From assembly GCA_035519495.1 (NCBI GenBank), contig DATIWE010000074.1, positions 12,323 through 76,322 on the forward strand: DNA of 64,000 bases, given 5' to 3'. This DNA comes from Actinomycetota bacterium (GTDB taxonomy: Bacteria > Actinomycetota > UBA4738 > HRBIN12). Within the stretch, counting starts at the first letter, position 1; the number at the start of each line of letters is the position of its first letter. Position numbers and translations under genes: made by a program. Under the pieces are notes generated by a model. The model was not told the DNA's origin. It saw nothing but the letters and a program-made list of their open reading frames with translations, and ran no database searches. Below are positions 19,082-28,849 of this stretch, in pieces.

Positions 19082-20020
19082 TCAGACCATCCGAACCTCG
19101 GCGCGCGCGGCCAACTCCTGCGCGCGCGCCGGATCCAGTCGACCGCCGCCCGGGATCTCCGCGTTCGCGGTCGCGGCGCCCAACGCGATCGCGAGCGACG
19201 CATCCCAGTCCTCGCCACGGTCGAGCCCGGCGACCAGACCCGCGAGGAACGCGTCGCCGCTGCCGACCGGGTAACGGCCTCGCACGTAGAGCATCCCTTC
19301 GTAGAGGGTGCCGTCGGGCGCGGCCAGCACGACGCCCTCGGCGCCGCGCGTCACCACCCCGGCGTGACCGTCGCCGCCGGCCAACTGCCGGAGCTTGCGC
19401 GCCGCCGCCATCGATTCCTCCTGCCGCGCGGTCGGGACCCCGAGCAGCTCCCGCGCCTCGGTCGTGTTGACCTTCACCACGTCGGGATGCGCCTCCAGCG
19501 CGAGCCGCAGCCGTTCGCCGTCGCAGTCGACCGCCACCCGCACGCCGGCCTCGCGCGCCTCGGCGACCAGCTCGCGGTAGCCCTCGTCGGGCACGCCGCG
19601 GGGCAGCGAGCCACTGATCGTGAGCCAGGCGCCGGGCGCGAAGCGCGACGCCGCGGCATGCATCAGCTCGACCCACGCCGCGGTCGGCACGATCGACCCG
19701 TGCTCGTAGAACTCGGTGAGGCCGCCGGTCTCGCGATCGGCGACCGACAGCGAGGATCGGTTCTCGCCGTGCGTCCACACGAAAGAGCCGGCGACGCCTT
19801 CGGCGGCGAGCTGCTCCTCGAGCCAGGCGCCGGCGTGACCGCGGAGCAGGGCGACGGCCGCCGCATCGGCGCCGAGCGCGCGGGCGGCGCGGGCGACGTT
19901 CAGCCCCTTGCCGCCGGCGGTCTGCACGAATCCGGCCGGCCGGTGGATGTCACCGCGCACCAGGCGTTCGATCTCGAAGAGGCGGTCGATCGACGGGTTC
20001 GCCGCGAGGCAGACGATCAC
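19082..20020 (-). CDS. 1-phosphofructokinase family hexose-phosphate kinase (PfkB; FruK/LacC-like)
   Basis: 312 aa. NPSIDR, GGKGLNVARA, PVGSGDAFLAG. Confidence 0.85.
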   Translation of the reverse strand: MIVCLAANPSIDRLFEIERLVRGDIHRPAGFVQTAGGKGLNVARAARALGADAAAVALLRGHAGAWLEEQLAAEGVAGSFVWTHGENRSSLSVADRETGGLTEFYEHGSIVPTAAWVELMHAAASRFAPGAWLTISGSLPRGVPDEGYRELVAEAREAGVRVAVDCDGERLRLALEAHPDVVKVNTTEARELLGVPTARQEESMAAARKLRQLAGGDGHAGVVTRGAEGVVLAAPDGTLYEGMLYVRGRYPVGSGDAFLAGLVAGLDRGEDWDASLAIALGAATANAEIPGGGRLDPARAQELAARAEVRMV

Positions 20021-20037
20021 CCGCCTACGATACCGGC

Positions 20038-20553
20038 ATGCCGCCGCGCATCGAACTGCTCGAGGGCGACCTCACCGAGCAGGATGTGGACGCCATCGTG
20101 AACGCGGCGAACAGCTCCCTGCGCGGCGGCGGCGGCGTGGACGGCGCGATCCACCGGCGTGGAGGGCCGACGATCCTGGAGGCGTGCCGGCAGATCCGCG
20201 CGACGTCGCACCCCGAGGGCTTGCCGACCGGGGAGGCCGTAGCCACGACGGGCGGCGACCTCCCCGCGCGCTGGGTGATCCATACCGTCGGGCCCGTCTA
20301 CGCCGCCGAACGCGAGCCCGCGGCGCTGCTGGCCCGGTGCCATACGTCGTCGCTCCGGGTGGCCGACGAGCTCGGCGCCGCCGTCGTGGCGTTCCCGGCC
20401 ATCTCGACCGGCGTCTACGGCTACCCGGTCCAGGAGGCCGCCGAGGTCGCGATCGGCGCCGTTCGGACCGCGGAGACACGGGTCGAGGAGGTCCGGTTCG
20501 TGCTGTTCGGCCCCCAGGCGTTTGCAGCCTTTCGGCGGGCGCTCGACGCGTGA
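20038..20553 (+). CDS. macro domain protein, O-acetyl-ADP-ribose deacetylase (YmdB-like)
   Basis: 171 aa. AIVNAANSSLRGGGGVDGAIH and AFPAISTGVYGYP. Confidence 0.85.
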   Translation: MPPRIELLEGDLTEQDVDAIVNAANSSLRGGGGVDGAIHRRGGPTILEACRQIRATSHPEGLPTGEAVATTGGDLPARWVIHTVGPVYAAEREPAALLARCHTSSLRVADELGAAVVAFPAISTGVYGYPVQEAAEVAIGAVRTAETRVEEVRFVLFGPQAFAAFRRALDA

Positions 20554-20577
20554 GCCACTGGTATCTTGCAGGTGCAA

Positions 20578-20913
20578 ATGGCCGGCGACCTGACCAGCGT
20601 GAACGGCGTCTTCGAGCGGCTCGGACAGATCCAGCTCGTGGATTGCCGCGAGCCCTACGAGTGGGAGGCGGGCCGCGTCGAAGGCGCGGTCCATATCCCG
20701 CTGAACTCGGTGATGGCGGGCTCGATGGGTGATCTCGACACGTCGAAGCCGGTCGCGGTGATCTGCCGCAGCGGCAACCGCTCGGAGCTCGCCACGATGA
20801 TGCTCCAGGCCCGCGGGTTCGAGGCCTACAACGTCGAGGGCGGCATGGAAGCCTGGGCGGCCGCCGGTCTGCCGTTCAGCGCCCCGGACGGCGCGCCCGG
20901 CCGGGTCGCGTAG
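20578..20913 (+). CDS. rhodanese-like domain protein
   Basis: ATG 20578 chosen over TTG 20566. Active-site loop VAVICRSGNRSE. Confidence 0.8.
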   Translation: MAGDLTSVNGVFERLGQIQLVDCREPYEWEAGRVEGAVHIPLNSVMAGSMGDLDTSKPVAVICRSGNRSELATMMLQARGFEAYNVEGGMEAWAAAGLPFSAPDGAPGRVA

Positions 20914-20926
20914 CGCAAGCCTCGGC

Positions 20927-21358
20927 TCAAGGGCGCCAACGCCGGTACACCGGATCGGGCTCGTACGTCGTGCCGACGGCCTCCTCCACCGAGCACGCGT
21001 AGGACATCAGCGCGAACGTGGGCACGTACGGCCGGGCACGGACCGCCGGGTCGTCCTCGCCGATCTGCTCCATCCACCCGCGGACCAGGAACTCTCCGCC
21101 CAGGCCGTCGTGGTCCTCCGGATCCTGCGCCGAGTGCATCGCGTAGCGCGCGTCGCGCTCCAGCTCGGCGACCTTCGGACTGGTCGCGCGGAACGACACG
21201 CAGAGCAGGCCGGTCGCGAACCACGGCGAGACGGGATGCAGCCGGGGCGACCCGTCGCGCATCAGCGTCGCGTGGAAGACCACGTGCCCCTCGAAGCGCC
21301 GGCGGCCGTTCGCCGCCAGCTCGGGGTCGCCGCGCTCGAGCTCCGCCCAGGTCGCCAT
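20927..21358 (-). CDS. pyridoxamine 5-prime-phosphate oxidase family protein
   Basis: 143 aa. The split-barrel PNPOx-like pattern is a weak by-eye call. High GC3. Confidence 0.5.
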   Translation of the reverse strand: MATWAELERGDPELAANGRRRFEGHVVFHATLMRDGSPRLHPVSPWFATGLLCVSFRATSPKVAELERDARYAMHSAQDPEDHDGLGGEFLVRGWMEQIGEDDPAVRARPYVPTFALMSYACSVEEAVGTTYEPDPVYRRWRP

Positions 21359-21378
21359 GGCCGACGTAGCCTAGGCCG

Positions 21379-22830
21379 ATGGCCGACCTGGACGCCGCAC
21401 GCCGTGAACTCGAGGCGGCGCTCGGCGCCGAGGACGTCCTGACCGATCCACTGGCGCTCCGGCTGTACGCGCGCGACGCCTCGATGGTCGAGGGATCGGC
21501 GGGCATCGTCGCGTTCCCCACGTCGGTCGAGCAGGTGGTCGGCGCGATGACGATCGCCGCCGAGCACGGCCTGAACGTCGTCCCGCGCGGCTCGGGCACG
21601 GGCCTCGCCGGCGGTTCGACCCCGATCGACGACGCGCTCGTCCTGGTCACCTCGAAGATGAAGCGGATCGGCGAGGTGCGCGTCGAGGACCGCCTGGCAT
21701 GGATCGAGCCGGGCGTGTTCAACCTCGACGTGTCGACGCATCTTGGGCCGACCGGCTTCACCTACGCGCCCGACCCCTCCAGCCAGCAGGTCTCCTCGAT
21801 CGGGGGCAACGTCAACACGAACGCCGGCGGGCCGCACTGCCTCGCCTACGGCGTGACCAGCGCGCACGTCCTGGCGCTCGACGTGGTGCTCCCCGACGGG
21901 CACCTCGAGCGGTTCGGCTCCGAGGGCCCGGCGGCGCCCGGCTACGACCTCCGCGGCTTCGTGGTCGGATCCGAGGGGACGCTCGGCGTCGTGGTGGGGA
22001 TCTGCATCCGGCTCACGCCGGTCGCGCCGGCGGTCCGCACGATGCTGCTGGACTTCACGACGGTCGACGACTGCGCGCGCACCGTTTCCGCGATCGTTGC
22101 GAGCGGCGTCGTGCCGGCCGCCATGGAGATGATGGACCAGGGCATCGTCCGGGCCGCCGAGGACTTCGCGCACGCCGGCTACCCGACGGACGCGGCCGCC
22201 GTCCTGCTGGTCGAGGTCGACGGCCTGGAGGCCGGGGTCGCCGCGCAGGCGCGCGAGGTCGAGGCCGCGGCCACCGAGCACGGCGTTCGGACGATCCGTA
22301 TCGCGGCCGACGGTGGAGAACGAGCGTTGCTCTGGAAGGGCCGCAAGTCGGCGTTCGGCGCGGTCGCGAAGATCGCGCCGCATTACCACCTGCACGATTG
22401 CGTGGTGCCCCGCGCCCGCCTGGCGCAGATGCTCACCGGCGTCTACGCGATCGCCCGCAAGCACGACCTGATCGTGACGAACGTCTTCCACGCGGGCGAC
22501 GGCAACCTGCATCCGCTGTTCTCGTTCGATCGCAGCGTGCCGGGGACGCTCGAGCGCGTGCTCGCCGCCTCCGACGAGCTGGTGCGCCTCTGCGTCGATG
22601 CCGGCGGCGCGCTGTCCGGCGAACATGGCATCGGGCTCGAGAAGCGCGACTTCATGCCGCTCGTGTTCTCGAAGGACGACCTGGACGCGCAGGCGTGCTT
22701 GCGGTCCGCGTTCGATCCCGAGGGAAGGATGAACCCGCGCAAGGTGCTGCCCGACGGGGCACGCTGCGGCGACTTCGCGGCGGCGGCGCTCGGCCGGAAC
22801 GGCGCGCTGCCGGAGGGCACGTGGATCTGA
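21379..22830 (+). CDS. glcD: FAD-linked oxidase, glycolate oxidase subunit GlcD
   Basis: 483 aa. PCMH-type FAD domain with VVPRGSGTGLAGGS. C-terminal GEHGIGLEKR. Confidence 0.8.
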   Translation: MADLDAARRELEAALGAEDVLTDPLALRLYARDASMVEGSAGIVAFPTSVEQVVGAMTIAAEHGLNVVPRGSGTGLAGGSTPIDDALVLVTSKMKRIGEVRVEDRLAWIEPGVFNLDVSTHLGPTGFTYAPDPSSQQVSSIGGNVNTNAGGPHCLAYGVTSAHVLALDVVLPDGHLERFGSEGPAAPGYDLRGFVVGSEGTLGVVVGICIRLTPVAPAVRTMLLDFTTVDDCARTVSAIVASGVVPAAMEMMDQGIVRAAEDFAHAGYPTDAAAVLLVEVDGLEAGVAAQAREVEAAATEHGVRTIRIAADGGERALLWKGRKSAFGAVAKIAPHYHLHDCVVPRARLAQMLTGVYAIARKHDLIVTNVFHAGDGNLHPLFSFDRSVPGTLERVLAASDELVRLCVDAGGALSGEHGIGLEKRDFMPLVFSKDDLDAQACLRSAFDPEGRMNPRKVLPDGARCGDFAAAALGRNGALPEGTWI

Positions 22831-23855
22831 TCCATCCGCACGACGCCGGCGCCGTGTGCGAGGCGCTGCGCGAGGCGAGCGCGGCTGGCACCCGTGTGCT
22901 GCCCGTCGGCGGGCGGCAGCACCTCGACAAGGGCAACCCGTGCGAGATCGACGCCGAGCTGTGGACGACGCTCCTGGACGGGATCGAGGCCTACGACCCC
23001 GCGGAGATGCTCGTCGTGGTGCGGGCGGGCACGCGCGTGGGCGATCTCCGCCGCGAGCTGGAGGCGAATGGCCAGGAGTGGCCGGTCGACGTGGCCGACG
23101 ACGCGACGGTCGGCGGCGCGATCGCGGCCGGCGTCGCCACGCCGCGGCAGCTGCGCGTCGGGATGCTGCGCGACACCGTCGTCGAGATGGAGGTCGCGAC
23201 CGGCGACGGCCGACTGGTCAAGAGCGGCGCCCGCACCGTGAAGAACGTGACCGGCTTCGATGTGCATCGCCTGTTGACCGGATCGCTCGGGACCCTCGGC
23301 GTGATCACGCAAGTCGCGTTGAAGTTGCGCCCCATCCCGAGGCAGAGGAGGACCCTCGTCACCAGCGAGGGCGGACCTGCACTCGGCAACCAACTCCTCC
23401 ATGGAGTTCCGTTACCCACTGCCGTGGTCGCCGAGGAACATCGCGTCGCCGTCCGCCTGGAAGGCTGGCCCGAGGAAGTGGAAGAGCAGACGGCGGCCGC
23501 GAGGAAGATCGTTGCCTGCGAGGAACTGGATGCGCCGTTCCCCGAACCGATCTTCCCGGACTCCCCGATCGTCGTTGAAGTTGCTGTGCCACCCTCCCGC
23601 CTCGAGGCGGCCCTCGAAGGACGAACGTCGTGGCGCGCACTCATGGGGATCGGTCTGGCGTGGGTGCCGGTCATGGACGCCGACGATCTGGCCTCGCTGC
23701 GAGAAGCGGTGAAGACCGAGCGAGGCATCGCGCCGGTGATCCGCGGCCCCGGCGGCCTGGGCGCCGCACCGGTCCCCGCCCCGGACGTGCAACGCCGGAT
23801 CAAGGCGGCGCTCGACCCGGCCGGGATCCTCGCGCCCCGCCGCGCCTGGATCTAG
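22821..23855 (+). CDS. glcE: FAD-binding glycolate oxidase subunit GlcE
   Basis: GTG 22821 overlaps the glcD 3-prime end by 10 nt. VLPVGGRQHLDKG and VKNVTGFDVHRLLTGSLGTLGVIT. Confidence 0.7.
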   Translation: MDLIHPHDAGAVCEALREASAAGTRVLPVGGRQHLDKGNPCEIDAELWTTLLDGIEAYDPAEMLVVVRAGTRVGDLRRELEANGQEWPVDVADDATVGGAIAAGVATPRQLRVGMLRDTVVEMEVATGDGRLVKSGARTVKNVTGFDVHRLLTGSLGTLGVITQVALKLRPIPRQRRTLVTSEGGPALGNQLLHGVPLPTAVVAEEHRVAVRLEGWPEEVEEQTAAARKIVACEELDAPFPEPIFPDSPIVVEVAVPPSRLEAALEGRTSWRALMGIGLAWVPVMDADDLASLREAVKTERGIAPVIRGPGGLGAAPVPAPDVQRRIKAALDPAGILAPRRAWI

Positions 23856-23865
23856 CGGGGGCAGC

Positions 23866-24510
23866 TCATGCGGCGAGCGGATGCTCGTCGGGTCCCGGTT
23901 CGACATGGCCCGGCGGCGCCGAATGATCAGCCATCGACGCCGACAACACGTAGAGCGCGCCCGCGATGACCGGTGGGGAGCTGACCACCACCAGGGACGC
24001 GAAGCCGAGGGAACCCCCGATGCTGGAGACGAGGATGGGGATGATGCCGAGGACGAGCAGCATCCAGCCGGCGATCCTCGTCCGCTTGAGCCCGAGCGCG
24101 GCGATCGCGGCGGACATCGCGAACACGACGATCGCGCGGATGGGCCCGTGATGGTCCTCGAACGAACGCCACCCTTGTGGGTCGATCGCGAACCAGACGC
24201 TCACGCCGATCACCACCGCGATCAGGACGCTGAAGATCCGGACCGCCAGGTCCGGTCGGTACCAGGCAACGAGCACGCCCGCGATGAGGGGCGCCGCCCA
24301 GAGCGCGACGAGGGCCGCCGCCTCCCAGCCGCCCGGGTCCGTGAACGTCTCGCCGACGATGAACGCCCCGAAGAGGAACGTGATCAGGGCCATCAGCATG
24401 AAGCCCGCCCGCCGAAGGAAGCGGGCGCGAGACGCACGATCCCGGTGCCACACGAAGGAAACGACGAGGATGAGCGCGATCACCACGACCAACGGGAAGC
24501 CAACGATCAT
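23866..24510 (-). CDS. hypothetical polytopic membrane protein
   Basis: 214 aa with about 6 hydrophobic spans. ATG preceded by GGGAGG. Divergent from the LuxR gene. Confidence 0.65.
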   Translation of the reverse strand: MIVGFPLVVVIALILVVSFVWHRDRASRARFLRRAGFMLMALITFLFGAFIVGETFTDPGGWEAAALVALWAAPLIAGVLVAWYRPDLAVRIFSVLIAVVIGVSVWFAIDPQGWRSFEDHHGPIRAIVVFAMSAAIAALGLKRTRIAGWMLLVLGIIPILVSSIGGSLGFASLVVVSSPPVIAGALYVLSASMADHSAPPGHVEPGPDEHPLAA

Positions 24511-24684
24511 GTCGCACCTCCCCGGGTCGAGGACCCAGCTCTATGGAAGCACGTGCGGGTCATCAGCGATATCGCCGGACGGCCCGCGTTCAGGAGGACG
24601 ACCGCCGAGCTCCGCGCCGAGAGCTGGAGACATCCGGACGCGGGTGGTAGCTGGCAGACTGAGGCAACGACCACGGAGGCATAT

Positions 24685-26322
24685 GTGGCCACGCCGATCA
24701 CCGACGTTGAAGATGCCCGCGACGCGTTCGCGCGCGGGGAGTGGGCCGAGGCCTACGAGCGGTACGCGAGCGCCGATGTCGCACACCTGAGCCCGGCCGA
24801 CCTCGAGGCGTTCGCCGATTCGGCGTGGTGGACGTCCCGGCAGGTCGAGTCGTTCTCGATCCGGCAGCGTGCCTGCACGTCCTACGAGGAGGCCGGCGAT
24901 CCGGAGGCCGCCGCTCGGTGCTCGTCCCGCCTGTGCATCGAACACGCCCTCCGGGGCGACACGGCCGCCTCGGCGGGCTGGTTGATGCGAGCCCAGCGTC
25001 TGGTGGAAGGGAGCTCCGAGTCCCGCGATGCCGGGTTCGTCATGATCGTGCGGGCACACATCGCGATCTTCCGCGGGGATCCGGCGACCTCGATCGAGCT
25101 GGCCCAACGCGCGGCGGGCATCGGTCGCCGCCTGCGCGATCTCGACCTCACGGTGATGGGGGTGCAGGTCGAGGGCCTGGCGCGGCTGGCCTCGGGGGAC
25201 CTCACCGGAGGGATGGCGCTGCTCGATGAAGCGATGACCTCCGTGGTCGCGGGCGAGCTCACGCCGTACACCACCGGCATCGTCTACTGCAACGTGCTCG
25301 AGGCGTGCCTGCGTACCGCGGACCTCGGCCGCGCCCGCGAGTGGAACGACGCCGCGAGCGCCTGGTGCGACGCACTCCCGCCGGGCGCTCCGTTCCCGGG
25401 GATCTGCCGGGTGAACCGGATCCAGATCGCCGATCTGGGCGGCGCATGGCCGGAGGCGGAGGCGGAGGCGATCCTCGCCTCCCACGACCTCCTCGAGCTG
25501 TTCCCGCACGGCGCGGCGGTGGCGTTCTACGAGACCGGCGAGATGCGGCGTCGCTGCGGCGACCTCGCGGCCGCGGAGGAAGCCTTCCGGAGGGCCCACG
25601 AGCTCGGGATGGATCCGCAACCGGGTCTGGCGCTCCTTCGGCACGCACAGGGCAGACCCGATCCCGCCGTCACCGCGCTCCGACTGGCGATGGATGCCGA
25701 TCCCGGCGACGGGCTCCGCCGCGCCCGACTGCTGGCGGCCGTGATCGAGGTCGCGCTCGACGCCGGTAGGCCCGAGACGATCCACGGCGCGCTCGAAGAA
25801 CTCGACGGCCTGTCGGCCGCCATCGACGCGCCGGCGATCCACGCCCTGGCGGCGACCGCCCACGGGTGGGTGGAGCTCGCGGACGACGCGATCCCCGCGG
25901 CGTTGGGGTCGTTCAGGACGGCGACGGCGACCTGGCAGGACCTCGGACTCCCCTACGAGACGGCCCAGGCGCGCTTGGGGTACGGGCTCGCGCTCCGCGC
26001 CGCCGGCGACGAGGACGGCGCGACGCTCGAGCTCGGCGCGGCGCGCGCGGCCTTCGAGCGGCTCGGCGCCGCCCCGGACGCGGCGAGGGCCGCCGGGGCG
26101 CTCCGAGGCGCCGAGGCTGACATGCTCCCCGCCGGGTTGTCGGCTCGCGAGGCGGAGGTCCTCCGAGAGGTCGCCTCCGGCAAGTCGAACCGCGAGATCG
26201 CGGCCTCGCTGGTGATCAGCGAGCACACGGTGGCCCGTCACCTGCAGAACATCTTCGCGAAGGCCGGCGTGTCCTCACGCTCGGCCGCCACCGCGTTCGC
26301 GTTCGAGCACGGCCTGGCGTGA
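24685..26322 (+). CDS. LuxR family transcriptional regulator with TPR-like helical N-terminal region
   Basis: C-terminal HTH LSAREAEVLREVASGKSNREIAASLVISEHTVARHLQNIFAKAGV. GTG 24685 was chosen because codons upstream (24553-24684) are poor in GC3. There is no receiver or AAA domain. Confidence 0.75.
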   Translation: MATPITDVEDARDAFARGEWAEAYERYASADVAHLSPADLEAFADSAWWTSRQVESFSIRQRACTSYEEAGDPEAAARCSSRLCIEHALRGDTAASAGWLMRAQRLVEGSSESRDAGFVMIVRAHIAIFRGDPATSIELAQRAAGIGRRLRDLDLTVMGVQVEGLARLASGDLTGGMALLDEAMTSVVAGELTPYTTGIVYCNVLEACLRTADLGRAREWNDAASAWCDALPPGAPFPGICRVNRIQIADLGGAWPEAEAEAILASHDLLELFPHGAAVAFYETGEMRRRCGDLAAAEEAFRRAHELGMDPQPGLALLRHAQGRPDPAVTALRLAMDADPGDGLRRARLLAAVIEVALDAGRPETIHGALEELDGLSAAIDAPAIHALAATAHGWVELADDAIPAALGSFRTATATWQDLGLPYETAQARLGYGLALRAAGDEDGATLELGAARAAFERLGAAPDAARAAGALRGAEADMLPAGLSAREAEVLREVASGKSNREIAASLVISEHTVARHLQNIFAKAGVSSRSAATAFAFEHGLA

Positions 26323-26454
26323 GCACCGACGACGCCGCACTCCGATGGTCCGTCTTCACCATCGAACCTGCCACGAAGGTTGGTTGGTCCTGTCGATGAG
26401 CTTGGTCCTCTCCCACGCATAACGTCCTTCCGTCGGCAGCGGAAGGAGACGGCG

Positions 26455-27576
26455 ATGGACACCGAACGGACCGAGACCGTCATCATCGGCGGGAGTCAGG
26501 CGGGGCTGGCGGTGGGCTACCACCTCGCCCAGCGTGGACGCGACATGGTGATCCTCGAGGGGAGCGAGCGGATCGGGGACGCCTGGCGGAACCGGTGGGA
26601 CTCCCTGCACCTGTTCACCCCTGCGCGGCACGACTCGCTCCCTGGCTGGGCGTTCCCCGCGAAGGGGTGGTCGTTCCCGTCGAAGGACGAGATGGGCGAC
26701 TACCTCGAGGCGTACGCGACGAAGTTCCGGCTCCCCGTCCGAACCGGCGTCCGCGTGGACCGCGTCTCCCGGCGGGGCGACGGCTACCTGGTGGAGGGCG
26801 GCGGCCGACGCTGGGAGGCGGCGAACGTCGTCGTCGCGACCGGCCCGTATCAGACGCCGAAGGTGCCGGGGTTCGCGGCGGCGCTGCACCCCGACATCCG
26901 CCAGTTCCACTCCAGCGCGTACCGCAGGCCGTCGCAGTTCGCCGACGGATCGGTCCTCGTGATCGGCGCCGGCAACTCGGGCGTCGAGATCGCGCTCGAG
27001 GCCGCGCGGACCGGGCACCGGACCACGCTCGCCGGCCGTCACCCGGGCAACATCCCGTTCGATATCGAGGGCACCGCGTCGCGGCTGTTCATGGAACGCT
27101 TCGTCCTGCGCTTCCTGTTCCACCGGGTGTTCACGCTGCACACGCCGATCGGCCGCCGCGTCGAGCCGAAGTTCCGCGCGCACGGCGGGGCATTGATCCG
27201 TGTGAAGCCGAAGCAGCTGGATGCCGCGGGGATCCAGCGGACCGGCCGTGTGACCGGGACGCAGGACGGGCGGCCGGTGCTCGAGGACGGCCGCGTCCTC
27301 GACGTCGGCACGGTGGCATGGGCGACCGGATTCGGCCGAGACTTCTCGTGGATCGACACCGGGCCGCTGCGTCCGGACGGCGAGCCGTCGCACGAGCGCG
27401 GCGTGGTGGAGGACCGGCCGGGCATGTACTTCGTCGGCCTGCACTTCCTCCACGCGATGTCGTCGTCGATGGTCCACGGGGTCTCGCGAGACGCCGAGCA
27501 CATCGCACGGCACATCGCCGAGGACCCGCGGACGACGCGGTCACCGCAGCTGGCCGCCTCGCCGGCCGGAACCTAG
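26455..27576 (+). CDS. flavin-containing monooxygenase-like NAD(P)/FAD oxidoreductase (CzcO/COG2072 type)
   Basis: ATG preceded by GGAAGGAG. Two dinucleotide motifs, IIGGSQAGLAVG and VIGAGNSGVEIA. Confidence 0.8.
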   Translation: MDTERTETVIIGGSQAGLAVGYHLAQRGRDMVILEGSERIGDAWRNRWDSLHLFTPARHDSLPGWAFPAKGWSFPSKDEMGDYLEAYATKFRLPVRTGVRVDRVSRRGDGYLVEGGGRRWEAANVVVATGPYQTPKVPGFAAALHPDIRQFHSSAYRRPSQFADGSVLVIGAGNSGVEIALEAARTGHRTTLAGRHPGNIPFDIEGTASRLFMERFVLRFLFHRVFTLHTPIGRRVEPKFRAHGGALIRVKPKQLDAAGIQRTGRVTGTQDGRPVLEDGRVLDVGTVAWATGFGRDFSWIDTGPLRPDGEPSHERGVVEDRPGMYFVGLHFLHAMSSSMVHGVSRDAEHIARHIAEDPRTTRSPQLAASPAGT

Positions 27577-27599
27577 ATCCGGCGGACGGGGAGAGCGGC

Positions 27600-28766
27600 T
27601 CAGCCCGGTCGCAGCGCCGAGCGGAGCCGCTCCCCCGCCGCCTCCAGCGTCTCGAGCTTCTTGCAGAACGCGAACCGCACCACCTCGCGCCCGAGCTCGG
27701 GCCGTGAGAAGAACGACGATCCCGGCACGACCGCGACCCCGATGTCCTCCACGAACCGCGTCGCGGTCGCGACGTCGTCCCCGAGGCCGAGGTCCGCGAT
27801 GCTCGCCATCACGTAGTAGGCGCCCTCGGGCGCCGCGACGCCGAGCCCCGCCTCCTCCAGCACGCGGAGCATCACGTCGCGGCGCTCGGCGTATTCCTTC
27901 ACCATCGTGGCGTAGTACGTCTCGGGCAGGGCCAGCGCCGCGATCCCCGCGATCTGCAGCGGTGCGGCGGCGGCCACGGTCAGGAAGTCGTGCGTCGAGC
28001 GGATCCCCGCCATCAGCGCCGGCTGCGCGACCGCCCAGCCGACCCGCCACCCCGTGACCGAGTACGACTTCGAGAGGGCGCTGACCGTGACCGTCCGCTC
28101 GCGCATGCCGGGGAGCGTCGCGATCGGCACGTGTTCGCGGCCGTCGTACGTGATGTGCTCGTAGATCTCGTCGGTGATCGCGATCGCGTCGTGCTCGATG
28201 CAGAGCTCGGCGATCATGGTGAGCTCCTCGACCGTGAACACCTTCCCGGTCGGGTTGTGCGGCGAGTTCACGATGACGGCGCGGGTCTTCGGTCCGAACG
28301 CCGCGCGGAGCTCCTCGGGATCGAACGCCCACTCGGGCTGGCGGAGCGTCACGTACTTCAGGGTGGCGCCGGCCAGGATCGCGTCGGGGGAATAGCTCTC
28401 GTAGAACGGCTCGAAGACCACCGCCTCGTCGTCCTCGTCGAGCAGGCCGAGGAACGACGACGCGACCGCCTCGGTCGAACCGCACGTGACGCAGATCTCC
28501 GTCTCGGGGTCGGCGTCGATCCCGTAGCGCTCGGCGTAACTGGCCGCGATCGCCTGTCGGAAGGCCGGCACGCCCCACGTGATCGGGTACTGGTTGTGGT
28601 CCTCGGCGATCGCGCGACGGGCCGCCTCCTTCACTTCCGGTGGTGCCGGGAAGTCGGGGAACCCCTGGCTGAGGTTGATCGCGCCGTGGAGGTCCGAGAG
28701 CCGCGTCATCTCGCGGATCACGGACTCGGTGAACGAGGACGACTTGATCGACGCGCGCAGCTTCAT
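27600..28766 (-). CDS. class I/II PLP-dependent aminotransferase
   Basis: 388 aa. SPHNPTGKVF and the PLP-lysine region SALSKSYSVTGWRVGW. Confidence 0.85.
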   Translation of the reverse strand: MKLRASIKSSSFTESVIREMTRLSDLHGAINLSQGFPDFPAPPEVKEAARRAIAEDHNQYPITWGVPAFRQAIAASYAERYGIDADPETEICVTCGSTEAVASSFLGLLDEDDEAVVFEPFYESYSPDAILAGATLKYVTLRQPEWAFDPEELRAAFGPKTRAVIVNSPHNPTGKVFTVEELTMIAELCIEHDAIAITDEIYEHITYDGREHVPIATLPGMRERTVTVSALSKSYSVTGWRVGWAVAQPALMAGIRSTHDFLTVAAAAPLQIAGIAALALPETYYATMVKEYAERRDVMLRVLEEAGLGVAAPEGAYYVMASIADLGLGDDVATATRFVEDIGVAVVPGSSFFSRPELGREVVRFAFCKKLETLEAAGERLRSALRPG

Positions 28767-28792
28767 GGGGGCTCAGCCTACGCGGAACGTGA

Positions 28793-28821
28793 GGGCGGCC
28801 CCGCCGGAGGCGGGGCCGCCC
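28793..28821 (-). terminator. GC-rich hairpin (13-bp stem, 3-nt loop) downstream of the ACT gene
   Basis: GGGCGGCCCCGCC-GGA-GGCGGGGCCGCCC. It lies 29 nt after the ACT-gene stop and 26 nt before the aminotransferase start. No U-tract. Confidence 0.45.
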
Positions 28822-28849
28822 TGGGATGGGACCGCGCGAGGCGGACGGA

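Noticed and set aside
20038-20553. Macro domain as a DarG-like antitoxin or anti-defence ADP-ribosylhydrolase
   Set aside because: It is a 171-aa single-domain YmdB-type protein. There is no adjacent DarT/DUF4433 or ADP-ribosyltransferase gene. Its neighbours are a sugar kinase and a rhodanese.
26426-26446. 7-bp hairpin CCTTCCG..CGGAAGG that would sequester the monooxygenase Shine-Dalgarno, plus a TTGGTCCT direct repeat at 26384 and 26402
   Set aside because: The stem is short and the repeat is only 8 nt. That is insufficient to call a riboregulator or operator without comparative data.
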